Source: the human T2T-CHM13v2.0 reference genome, Homo sapiens
Assembly: GCF_009914755.1 (NCBI RefSeq)
Contig: NC_060928.1
DNA length: 64,000 bases
Reading direction: 5' to 3' (one strand)
Made by a program: the position numbers and the translations under genes. This document shows positions 1 through 26,390 of this stretch, piece by piece. Positions within the stretch are counted from its first letter, which is position 1. Every line of letters starts with the position of its first letter. The notes under the pieces were generated by a model. That model was not told where the DNA came from. It worked only from the letters and a program-made list of their open reading frames with translations, and searched no databases.

Positions 1-3000
1 AATTTTGTGTCCAGCAAAACTAAGCTTCATAAATGAAGGAAAGTTACAGTCTTTTTCAGACAAATGCTGAGAGAATTCATCATTATTAAGCCAGCACTAA
101 AAGAACTGCTAAAAGGAGCTCCAAATCTTGAAACAAATCCTGGAAACACATTAAAACAGAACCTCTTTAAAGCATAAATCTTACAGGACCTATACAACAA
201 CAACACAATGAAAAAAAAAACAAAGTATACAGGCAACAATGGCACGATGAATAGAATTGCGCCTCACATCTGAATACTAACGTTGAATGTAAATGGCCTA
301 AATACTCCACTTAAAATATATAGAATGGCAGAATGGATAAGAATTCACCAACAAAGTACCTACTGTCTTCAAGAGACTCACCTGACACATAAGGACTCAC
401 ATAAACTTAAGGTAAAGGGGTGGAAAAAGATATTCCATGCAAATGAAAACCAAAAGCAAGCAAGAGTAGCTATTCTTATATCAGACAAAACAAACTTGAA
501 AGCAACAGAAGTTAAAAAAGACAAGGAGGTACATTATATAATGATAAAAGAAAGAACTATTTCAACAGGAAAATATCACAATCCTAAATATATAAGCACC
601 TAACGCTGGAGGTCCCAAATTTACAAAACAATTACTACTAGACCTAAGAAATGAGATAGACAGCAATACAACAATAGTAGGAGACTTCAATACTCCACTG
701 ACAGCACTAGACAGGTCATCAAGACAGAAAGTCAACAAAGAACCAATGGATTTAAACTACAGCCTACAACAAATGGACTTACCAGATATTTATAGAACAT
801 TCTACCCAACAACTGCAGAATATACATTCTGTTCATCAGCACATGGAACATTCTCTAAGGTAGACCATACGATAGGTGAAAAAACAAGTCTCAATAAATT
901 TAAGAAAATTGAAATTATGGCAAGTACTCTCTCAGACCACAGTGGAATAAAATTTGAAATAAACTCCAAAAGGAACCCTCAAAACCACGCAAATACATGA
1001 AAATTAAATTATCTGCTCCTGAATGGTCACTGGGCCAACAGTGAAATCAAGATGGAAATTAAAAAGTTATTTGAACTGAATGATAATAGTGTTACAACCT
1101 ATCACAACCTCTGGGATACAGCAAAGTGATACCAGGAGGAAAGTTCATAGCATTCATTAAATGTCCACATCAAAAAGATTGAAAGAGCACAAATAGACAG
1201 ACAATCTCAAGTCACACCTCAAGGAGCTAGAGAAACAGTAACAAACCAAACCCAAACCCAGCAGAAAAGAAATAACCAAGATCAGAGCAGAACTAAATGA
1301 AATTGAAACAAAAAAATACAAAAGATAAATTTTAAAAAGCTGTTTCTTTGAAAAATAATATTGATAGACCATTGACAAGATTAACCATGAAAAGAAGATG
1401 GACGATCCAAATAAGCTCAATTAGAAATGAAATGGGAAAAATTACAACCAATACCACAAAAATACAAAAGATCATTCAAGGCTACTATGAACAAGTTTTT
1501 GTGCATAAACTAGGAAACCTAGAGGAGATGGATAAATTCTTGGAAAGATACACCTGGCCTAGATTAAACCAGGAAGTAATAGAAACTCTGAAGAGACCAA
1601 TAACAGCCCTGGACCAGACGGATTCACAGCTGAATTCTATGAAACATTCAAAGAAGAATTGGTACCAATCCTATCGACACTATTCCAAATGATAGAGAAA
1701 GAGAGAATCTTCCTTAAGTCATTCTATGAAGCCAGTGTCACCCTAATACCAAACCAGGAAAGGACATAACAAAAAAAGAAAACTACAGACCAGTATCTCT
1801 GATGAACATAGATACAAAAATTCTCAAAAAAATACTAGTGACGTGAATCCAACAGTATATCCAAAAGATAATCCACCATGAAAAGTGGGTTTCATACCAG
1901 GGACGCAGGGAAGGTTTAACATATACAAGTCAATAAATGTGAGACCAGTCATAAACAGAATTAAAAACAAAAATCACATGATCATGTCAATAGATGCAGA
2001 AAAAGCATTTGACAAAATCTAGCATGCTTTCTGATTAAAACCCTCAGCAAAATCGGCATAAAAGGGAAATACCTTAAGGTAATAAAAGCCGTTGACAACA
2101 AACCCACAGCCAACATAATACTGAATGGGGAAATTTGAAAGCCTTCCCCTGAGAAATGGAACAAGACAAGGGTGCCCACTTTCACCACTTTTATTCAATA
2201 CAGTACTGCAAGTCTTAGAGCAATCGGATAAGAGAAAGAAATAAAGGGCATCCAAACCAGTAAAGAGGAAGTCAAACTGCTACTGTTTGCTGATGACATG
2301 ATCGTATACATAGAAAACCCTAAAGACTCATCCATAAAGCTCCTAGAACTGGTAAATGAATTCAGCAAAGTTTCAGGATGTACACAAATCAGTAGCCCTG
2401 CTATATACCAACAGTGACCAAGCTGAGAATCAAATCAAGAACTCAACCCCTTTTACAATAGCTGCAAAAAAAATTTAAATACTTTAGAATATTCCTAACA
2501 AAGGAGGTGAAATACTTCTACAAGGAAAACTACAAAACACTGCTGAAAAAATCATAGATGACACAAACAAATGGAAACACATCTCCTGCTCATGAATGGG
2601 TAGAATCAATATTGTGAAAATGAACATACTGCCACAAGCAATCTGCAAATTTATTGAAATTCCCATCAAAATAGCACTGTCATTCTTCACAGAACTAGTA
2701 AAAACAATCTAAAATGCATATGGAACCAAAAAGTCCCCACATAGCAAAAGCAAGACTAAGGGAAAAGAACAAACCTGGAAGCATTACATTACCCAACTTC
2801 AAATTATACTATAATGCTATAGTCACTAAAACAGCATGGTACTCGTATAAAAACAGGCTTGTAGACCAATGGAACAGAATAGAGAACTCAGAAATAAACC
2901 CAGATACTTACAGCCAACTGATCTTTGACAAAGCAAACAAAAACGTAAAGTGGGGAAAGGACACCCTATTCAACAAATGGTGCTGGGATGGTTGGCAAGC

Positions 3001-4228
3001 CACATGTAGAAGAATGAAACAGGATCCTCATCTCTTAACTTACACAAAAATCAACTCAAGCTGGATCAAAGACTTATATCAAATACCTGAAATCATAAAA
3101 ACTCTAGAAGATAACATTGGAAAAACCCTTCTAGACATTGGTTCAGGCAGAGACTTATGACCAAAAACCCAAAAGCAAATGCAACAAAAACAACGATAAA
3201 TAGATGAGACTTAATTAAACTAAAAAGCTTCTGCACAGCAAGAGAAATAATTAGCAGATTAAGCAGACAACCCACAGAGTGGGAGAAAATCTTGGCAATC
3301 TATACATCTGACAAAGGACTAATATCAATAATCTACAAAGAACTCAAACAAATCAGCAAGAGAAAAACAAACAATCCCATTCAAAAGTGGGCTAAGGATG
3401 TGAGTAGGCAATTCTCAAATGAAAATAAACAAATGGCCAACAAACATATGAAAAAATGCTCAATATCGCTAATGATCAGGGAAATGCAAATCAAAACCAC
3501 AATGTGATGCCTTCCTACTACTTCAAGAATGGCCATAATCAAAAAATCAAAAAATAATACTTGTTGGTGTGGATACAGTAAACAGGGAACACTTTGACAC
3601 CGTTGGTTGGAATGTAAACTAGTGCAACCACTATGGAAAAAAGTGAGGGGATTCCTTAAAGAACTAAAAGAAAATCTACCATTTGATCCGGCAATTCCAT
3701 TACTTGGTATCTACCCAGAGGAAAAGAAGTCATTATAAGAAAGAGATACTTGCACACGCATGTTTATAGTAGCACAATTCACAATTGCAAGAATATAGAG
3801 TCAGCCCAAATGCCCACCGATCATTGACTAGATAAAACACATACACACACAAACACTATGGAATACTACTCAGCCATAAAAAGGAACTAAATAATTGCAC
3901 TGGCAGCAAGATGGGTGGAATTGGAGACCATTATTCTAAGTGAAGTAACTCAGGAATGAAAAACCAAATATCATATTTTCTCACTCATAAGTAGGAGATG
4001 AGCTATGAGGACACAAAGGCAAAAGAATGATACAATGGACTTTGAGGATTCAGTGATAAGGGTGGGAGGGAGGTCAGGGATAAAACCTAGTCACTATGTA
4101 CAGTGTACATTGCTCAAGTTATGGGTGCACCAAAATCTCAGAAATCACCACCAAAGAACTTATTCATGTGACCAAACACCACCTGTTCCCCCAAAACCTA
4201 TTGAAATAGAAAAAATAAATAAATAAAA
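1..4228 (+). mobile_element. LINE-1, L1PB-type, degraded (end of ORF1, fragmented ORF2, 3'UTR, A-rich tail); runs off the left edge
   Basis: ORF pieces match L1 ORF2 endonuclease (NVNGLN..., CLQETHL, LSDHSGIK), RT (LFADDM at ~2285) and C-terminus, with many stops and frameshifts. The 3' end CCAAACACCACCTGTTCCCCCAAAACCTATTGAAAT is typical of L1PB. Confidence 0.9.
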
Positions 4229-4924
4229 GTAAAAAACCTGTTATCAATCCCAAAATAAAATTATCAGTTACCCCCCAAAAAGGATTTATCAAGAAAGATG
4301 AGATGGAATTGAAAGGTATATATGCAATCAACAGTATGGACAAATAATATTGAATACATTTTTTCCCTTTCATACACCCTTTTATTCATTTTTCTGTTTA
4401 ATCATCTCTCGCATATGGAGACCTAGCATTTAAGGGAATTATAGCCACTACCACCTTGTTTTCAAGGCCATAATGAATTTGGAAATGTGGTATCCACTTA
4501 TGAGCTTCCATCACATTTTGAGCATATGGCTCCATGAAATACCGAAAGCACTTTGGGATAAACTCCATACAGTCAGGAGATCTTTCTTAATACCATCTGG
4601 CAACTACTCTGTGCTTACTCTTTGTCCCACCTTCTAAACGTTTAGATGGGCAGGTGGGAAGAGCAGTTGCCACATTATTGAAAGCCAGTGTTCTAGTATC
4701 AGAGGGCCATAGCAGGCCCTCTGGAGCAACATCTGGAATGTCCACAGGTAACCCTGTCAATCTCTGGGGATCACAGGGCATCACTTTCCTCTACTTCTCT
4801 CTCTATGTGTGTCTCTGCAAGCCAACCTGATTCTATATTACATTTTCACAAAGTACCATATTCTAAATTTAGCTTATCCAGGGAGATGATATACTTGATT
4901 CACTTTGGGGGAGTGATCCTCTGC

Positions 4925-5230
4925 CTGGTAGGCAGAATAATGGCCCTCAAAGAAGTCCGCTCCCAATCCCTGGAATCTAGAAATATGTTGCTTTACAGGG
5001 CAAAAATGGATTTTGTAGATATGATTCAGTTAAAGGTCTTGGGATGGGAAGATTAGCTTGGATTATCCAGGTGAACCTAATCTAATCTTATGGCTTCTTA
5101 AAATTGATGAGCTTTTCCAGGCTGAGATCAAAGACGGAGATGTGCCTACCCGCAGATCTTAGATGGCCATGTTTGCAACAGAGGTGTGTTAATTTTCTAT
5201 TGCTGATGTAACAAATTACCACAAGCTCTC
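4925..5230. mobile_element. MaLR (MLT1-type) LTR fragments; paralog at ~29030-29335
   Basis: ggtaggcagaataatggccctcaaaga...gattatccaggtgaacctaatctaatc resembles an MLT1 start; tattgctgatgtaacaaattaccacaa resembles a reversed MLT1 end. Confidence 0.55.
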
Positions 5231-7475
5231 TTGGAAGGTTAGTGGAAGGCAAGGATTGGCATCTCTAATATAATTATACAGGTAATGATGAGCAGTGCGA
5301 AGATGTGACTCCAAAGCCTGGAGAAGGACAGACCAGCATCCCTGCAAGAGATCCAACTGTCTTCTTTTCCGCAGAGGTCCATAATTTACATGGGCCTGAC
5401 AAAGAATACTGTAACTTGCAGAAATTATCTTCAGTTCAAATCCTTCATTTTGGGGGTTAAATAACTTGGTAAGATAATGAGATTAATATTATTGTAAAGA
5501 TTGCTAGAAAGAATTGTAACAGTTCATGTATGTGCATAAATAACAACCTTAAAGCATGTTTTGGGATGAGGTGCAAAATGAAAATTGGGAGAGGGACTTT
5601 AGTAGCAGTAAACAGAACTTGAGAATGGAATAGATGCATACTCTATAGCACACTGCAATAAATAGAATACATTTTAAGTTCCTAGAGAAATTTTTGAAAA
5701 TGCCACATTCAAAGCCATCAATTCCTACTCAATTAGCATTTCATTTTGATTTTGGTACTGAAGCCCAAGATGTCGAGGGAGCGGAAATACTTGCTGGTCT
5801 TGCAGCGGCTGTGGAGCCTGGAATCCTGCCAAGAAGAGCATGTGTGAGAGATCAAAATGTTTGCTTACATTCCTCCTGTGAAGGGAGTTGGGAAATAACC
5901 TAAGAAGCCCAATCCAAAAACAAAGATGTACCATCCAGTCTTCTCTGTGAGAACCAAACTACAAACCATCTGAATGTTCCAAAAGTGTTTTGATGATGTA
6001 TTGATGTATTTTAAATTATCCTGAAAATGTTCTTGGCAGATGCTTAAACATGTAATTACTGAGATGATGTAGAAATACCAAGTGTTTATTAAAACAATAC
6101 AGAGTAATACAAATGGTATGTTTGTCGCAATATAAAAGTATCTAAAAATTAAAGAGTTCTTTAATGGTGGAGATTGTTTTCCTTTTTGAAGTTAAAATAT
6201 AAATTTTTGTAAAAAGCACAAATTATTACTATTTATAGCTAACATTTATGGAGTGCTGACTATGCTCATTTTTGAGCATACATTGCCTCATTTAGTGCAA
6301 TGTTTAGCATTAACTTATGAGGTAAATGCCATTGCCATGCACATTGTACAGATGAAGACATTGAGGTTTAGAGAGATTGCATCAATTTCCCAATGTAACA
6401 CAGCTAGTGGTGGGGCCAGGATTCCACGAAGCCTAACTCTAGAGTTTAATAACCTAAAGAATAATAGGTAATATCCTTGCCACTCTCAGCATGTGCCAGT
6501 TGCTGTTCCAAATGGTTGGTTCAAATTATGTACTCATGTAAACCTCAGAATAACTCTATGAGGTAGGTTCTACTATTATTTTCATAGACACATATTTTAT
6601 ATGTCTATGTCAGCCTTAAAGCCACTTTTGAGTTTTTTAGCATATTTTTGAGAACACGTCAACTTTATTTCCGTTTAAATTGCTTGAGACACACCATGAT
6701 TGTTGATACAGTCTCTGGAAATTTTATTCCCAGCTGCGTATCTCTCTGGAGCCTTTGACTTACTCCCATGTGGGCGGGAGGTGCTTTGCCTCTGGCCACA
6801 CCTGCCATCCTGGAGCCTCCTCACCCTAGTCCTGGGGAATCCCTTCCCTCTCCCCAGGGTGAGAGCATCAGCTTGTCAGATATCACACCTTTCTTTGAAT
6901 CATCAGTTTGGGGGCACTTCATTAGTTATCGTCTGGAGAAAAGGTACACCACGGCATAAATTTATTGAGATCTTTTATGTTTCTATTGGATTTCTACTCT
7001 GCTGTGATGATTTTCAATTCTCAATTGCCCTCTTGGGCCCCAGAGTGCTGGCAGCTGGGCATGTGTCTTCTGCACGGAAACTTCCAAAATCATCCTTTGA
7101 AAAATCTGACCAGCCCAAGAGAAAATACCCACCCTTACTGACATTATATTCCCCAGCAATTAATCCCACCAGAGAGTTCTATAGCAAATCTCACATGACA
7201 CAGATGCCACCCATGTATTCAGAGCTTCCCGATAGCTCGTTAGTGCCCCATCCTGCAACAGAAGACAACCAAGATCATCAGAAATGTGGAGTGATTCCAG
7301 CTTTGTAATAGGAAAGATAGAAACAAAGCAAAGAAAAAAGAAGTTAGAAGAAATAATCCATGAAGTGAAAAAATACAAAATGTTTTTAAAAGCTGTTATT
7401 ATTTACAAAGAGAAAAGATATATGCATGAAAGAAGACTATGATATCATAAAAAAAAAAATCTCTTGAGAATTGAG

Positions 7476-7771
7476 CGCAGGCGCGGTGGCTCACGCCTGT
7501 AATCCCAGCGCTTTGGGAGGCCGAGGCGGGCGGATCACGAGGTTAGGTAATCGAAACCATCCTGGTTAACACGGTGAAACCCTGCCTCTACTAAAAATAC
7601 ACACACAAAAAATTAGCCGGGCATGGTGGCGCGCGCCTGTAGTCCCAGCTGCTCGGGAGGCTGAGGCAGGAGAATGGCGTGAACCCGGGAGGTGGAGCTT
7701 GCAGTGAGACGAGATATCGCGCCACTGCACTCCAGCCTGGGCCAGAGCGAGATTCCGTCTCAAAAAAAAAA
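7476..7771 (+). mobile_element. Alu, AluY-like, full length
   Basis: gcgcggtggctcacgcctgtaatccc...gagaatggcgtgaacccgggagg...A tail; absent from the paralog at ~31625. Confidence 0.9.
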
Positions 7772-8011
7772 TCCAATTATAAGCGTCTTGGGAGAAAAAA
7801 GGCAAAATCCAGGACTACCCAGGTAACCAAGTAACTCCAAAAGCTTGTTTGCATTAATCTTGCGAGTCTATAGCCAAAAATCTATTTGACCTTATAATAA
7901 TTTCATGTTTAATAGCTCTGAAAGTTTTCTATTAAGGCCTAGGAGAATTTTCTTATATCCAGACTTATATGTCTGCCATTGATAATCTTAGGTTCCTGAA
8001 TGATCCAGTAA

Positions 8012-8233
<222 letters not shown>

Positions 8234-8865
8234 TAAGAAAAACATTTCTATGACTCTATGAGTAATATCATCCCAAGGCTTTAGAGGTGGCTGTGATAGT
8301 TTATATTATTTTGACCTTTATGTGGTCAGTTTTTTTTTTAAGTGATTAAAATCTCAATTACAGTACCTTTAAATTAGTTCACAATTACATATACATGTTG
8401 GCAGCTAGAATCTTTCATTACTGTTTCTTTATGAGGTAAAAAAGTAATAAAGTCATAAATCTCATCATAACTGACAATATTGATGTCAAGCTCCTACAAA
8501 TGATTAAAGAATGCGATTGACATTCTTGAAGAAATTGTTAAAGTTCATTGTCCTGCCTCTATTCAAGACTTTCAAAAATAGTATGTAAAGAAATTACATA
8601 ATATTAGTTCAAAACAGTTATGGCTCAAAAGTTAACTTTAGTTTTTCAACTCTTTTCAGATCCAGGTTTCTGAGGGGAACAGCCTGTTTTATACATTTCT
8701 ATGTCTTTCTCCATGCTCATATGAACCTATATACTAATAAATAGGAATTTTAATTTGTTTTGTTTTTTCTTTCACAAAAATTGGATCATGTAATACACAT
8801 TATTCTGTACCTTGCTTTTTATACTTTCTGATGCTTCATATTAATTTCTCCAGATTTTTAGATAA

Positions 8866-9161
<296 letters not shown>

Positions 9162-9199
9162 CCTATTTTTTTTTTTTTTTTAATAAGATTCCCATTCAA

Positions 9200-9498
9200 G
9201 GCCGGGCGCGGTGGCTCACGCTTGTAATCCCAGCACTTTCGGAGGCCGAGGCGAGCGGATCACGAGGTCAGGAGATCGAGACCATCCTGGCTAATACTGT
9301 GAAACCCCGTCTCTACTAAAAATACAAAAAATTAGCAGGGTGAGGTGGCGGGCGCCTGTAGTCCCAGCTACTCGGGAGGCTGAGGCAGGAGAATGGTGTG
9401 AACCCCGGGGGGCGGAGCCTGCAGTGAGCCGAAATCGCGCCACTGCTCTCCAGCCTGGGCGACAGCGAGACTCCGTCTCAAAAAAAAAAAAAAAAAAA
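9200..9498 (+). mobile_element. AluY-family element with TSD attcccattcaa
   Basis: Full Alu with long A tail; TSD at 9188-9199 and 9499-9510; empty site in the paralog at ~33180. Confidence 0.9.
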
Positions 9499-10790
9499 AT
9501 TCCCATTCAAAATAGGGAGTTATCATTCCGTTATCATTCCTTATTCTGTCAATCAATCAGAGAGTTTAAAAATTTTTGTTTCTTCTACAAGTAAGGCTGC
9601 TGCTAATAGTCTTGTTTCTATATTCTTATACACAGATAATTATAATTACAGAGTCAATTCCCAAGTGTGATATTGCTTGGGATATGCATGTTTAAAATTT
9701 TAATAAAAATCACAAATTGTTTGTCAGAAACCTATGACAATGCACATTTATTTCTACCAACAGCATAAGCTAATAGGTAAGCAGTAATATCTCATTTTGC
9801 TTTATTTTTTTTTTTGATCACACCAAGGCTCAGTGCCATTTAATATGCTATTTTGCCATTTTAGTTTCCTCTTCCACGAATTTCCATCATTGTTCATTTT
9901 CCTCTTTGGTTGTCTATTTTTAAATGAAAAAGCACCAGGATTTTAGAAATATCTTTTTTTTTGGTCAATCATATATGACCAAAATCAATATGACCAAAAA
10001 AATGAAAACATTTTTTCCTTATCTATATTTTTAGATTATTTGTTTATACCAGAATTTGAAATTTTTCTCCATGCTCAGAATTTCATTTTAAATATGTTCG
10101 TGATATTATTGAAGTCACCCCCCCCACTTTATTTGTTTTCATATATCATGAGAAGTCAAAGAATCAAAGCAATATATTCTCACAGCCATGCACATTTTCT
10201 CCCTGTCTTCAGTCCTGTGTCTGTCACTCTCATAATCCTGTTTCAGCACCTATGAAGGCACTTCTGTGGAATACTTGATTACAGACCCAGCCAATACTTT
10301 CTACACTGGAATACATATATATATATATATATACAATCACTTAACTATATGAACCACTTGCCCCATAGTATATATATATATATATATATATATACAATCA
10401 CTTAACTATATGAACCACTTGCCCCATAGTAAATTTTCTTTTTTCATAGTGCATGATGCAGAAGGCTCCCACATGCCACTCCCATCCCATGGAGGACTTG
10501 CCACTCTATGACAACACTGGCAGAGCCCACCTAATGGCTCCCACTCTACCTGCTCCCCGAACCTGGGAGGAAGGCGGGTGGGAGCTGGATGTCAGCTTCT
10601 GTGTCACTAGCAGGATTTGATGACCCTGCTGTGAGATGGGCATGTAGAACTCCATTTTCTTTTTCTGGATCTCACACAATCAGCATCAGTGTAAAAGCCG
10701 CAGAGCACCCAGCAACAGGTAGTGTCCCATGATGATGTTATCTTACGGACATTCTGAAAACTTTCTTGACCCTGAGTAACTCCTTCAGCA

Positions 10791-11090
<300 letters not shown>

Positions 11091-12423
11091 CCACCCCGCT
11101 TTAGCATTTTTGACAAAACAATCAGGTTACCCACATTTACATGGCCCTTCTTAATTGGCGAAGCTCTTTCATTAACATCATCCCATTTAATCTTGGTTAA
11201 GCTGTAATGGATTGGTTGAGTAATTTTTTCAAAACAAAGGATGAACAAGCTCAGAGAGCCTGAGAGACTTACTGAAGATCACACAGTAAATGATAAACTA
11301 TTTTACTTTATGTCTAAGGTCTTTCATAATATGAAATAGAATGTAGATATTGCAACAATAGCATTTTTGGAGACAGCTACCTCCTTTACCAGGAATAATC
11401 TTTGCATGTCACATTTAGAGATAAAGCTCAAAATGCAAATCCTTCCCCTGAGAGTGGGAAAGCATTAACAAATGAGAGTGGGAAAAGCATTAACAAAGCA
11501 TTAACACAGGTCTTTACATATTCAAAATATTAAACTAATGCTAGGATTATAGACTTGATTTTAAGACATGGTAGTTAATAGAAAAGTTCTAGATTGAAAA
11601 CAATTTTGCAAAAATATACATTTGTATATGTGTATATATGTATGTGTATATATATATCTACTAGGAAAATATATTGCTTAAGGTGTTTGTGCCATTTCTT
11701 AGTTACCAATTTTACATTCTGCATTCACAGCATTTGCCATCCCATCTCTACACTTAAAGCCACCATATTACTTTTAATTACTTTATACACATTTTCAGTC
11801 ATCATCTAAATAATCATTTATAGCCACAAACTAATACTGTTTAGTCAATGAAGCACTTTCATCAGCAAAAATTACAGATTTTTTGAACATGATTCTGGGA
11901 ATAGTTCAGTTTTTACAATTAGTAATTGAGGCTTTGTCATATGAAGCAAGAAATCTGCTATTATTTTAAAAAATCAATTGTATATCGACCATAAAGAAAT
12001 AGTATAAAAGTCATAAAAACACTGCCATTTACTGTAGTAAAATGTGGGGCATTTTATTTGAGTTCCTAAGAAATTTCCTGTATTTAGAACTCTTGGACCT
12101 TCACTACTTGTAAATGTGAGTCTATCCTTTACCTTACCCTAGCTTTTACCCCAGGGATTTGGTACATTTTTATTAGAAAAAGGAAAATGTCGACAGTGAA
12201 AACTGAGACAGAGTTAGAAGACTTCAATCACAATGGCCCAGCATGTGTATGTTCAGGGCAAGTAAAAGGGTCCCCTCCACTGGGATTCGATGACTAAAGA
12301 TTATGAAGATACCAAAAATGCAAGAAGTCACAGGAATATTTTTCCTCAATGGCAAAGGTGACACAGTAGAATGGTTAAGAAGGAAGGTTTGTTGGCTTCA
12401 ATTCCCCAGCTGATGTTCAACAC

Positions 12424-12429
12424 TTTATT
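12424..12429 (-). terminator. Proximal AATAAA polyadenylation signal of ADH1B (further copies near 12170, 12053, 9801, 9747)
   Basis: tttatt on + strand ~200 nt past the stop; conserved at 41302-41307 in ADH1C. Confidence 0.6.
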
Positions 12430-12624
12430 TACTTCTCACTTGAATTTTAAATTTTCCTGAAAAATAATTTCCCATCAATTTCCATTTCTTTGGAAAGCCC
12501 CCATGTGTAATTTATTGATAACATCTCTGAAGAGCTGAATTAATGATATTTCCTAGCTGTTGCTCCAGATCTTGTAGGGTAGAGGAGGCTGAAGACTGCT
12601 ACAGGGGAAGGCATCTCTATTGCC

Positions 12625-26112
<13,488 letters not shown>

Positions 26113-26181
26113 GTCGTTTCTGTCTTCTCTGCCCACCAGCAGACTGTGAGTCTTTGTGGATTTCTTCTCTGCTTGAGTGCA

Positions 26182-26390
26182 TAAAGCAGATATATTGCAC
26201 AGATATTTATTTTGTTTGCTTGTGTAACATCCAATTCCAATTCCACACGTGATCTATGTCTTTAAGCCACACCCACTGGATTATTCCCAGACTGTCAAAA
26301 CAGATAAAAGGGTACTGAACCAGCAATCAAAATATTGACTTCCAAATTCTAGATAAGATTTTGTTTTCATTAGTTTAAATATTAAGTTAA
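26182..26390 (-). promoter_or_regulatory. ADH1B: ADH1B proximal promoter: AT-rich TATA (AAATAAATA ~26204-26212), C/EBP-like TGTTACACAA (26220-26229), E-box CACGTG (26246-26251), G3T/Sp1 GGGTGTGGC (26266-26274), HNF1-like site (~26372-26386)
   Basis: Motifs read directly; the TATA-like, E-box, G3T and HNF1-like motifs are positionally conserved in ADH1C. Consistent with the known class I ADH promoter layout. Confidence 0.75.

Noticed and set aside
5355-6140. Possible plus-strand lncRNA terminal exon (pyrimidine tract + CAG at 5374, ATTAAA ~6088)
   Set aside because: Such motifs are common by chance and cannot be supported without transcript data.
6700-7308. 202-aa ORF, the longest non-TE, non-ADH ORF
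   Set aside because: It starts at TTG right after an in-frame stop, has no early ATG and no recognisable domain. It spans the inversion breakpoint and is broken in the paralog, so it is most likely a chance ORF.
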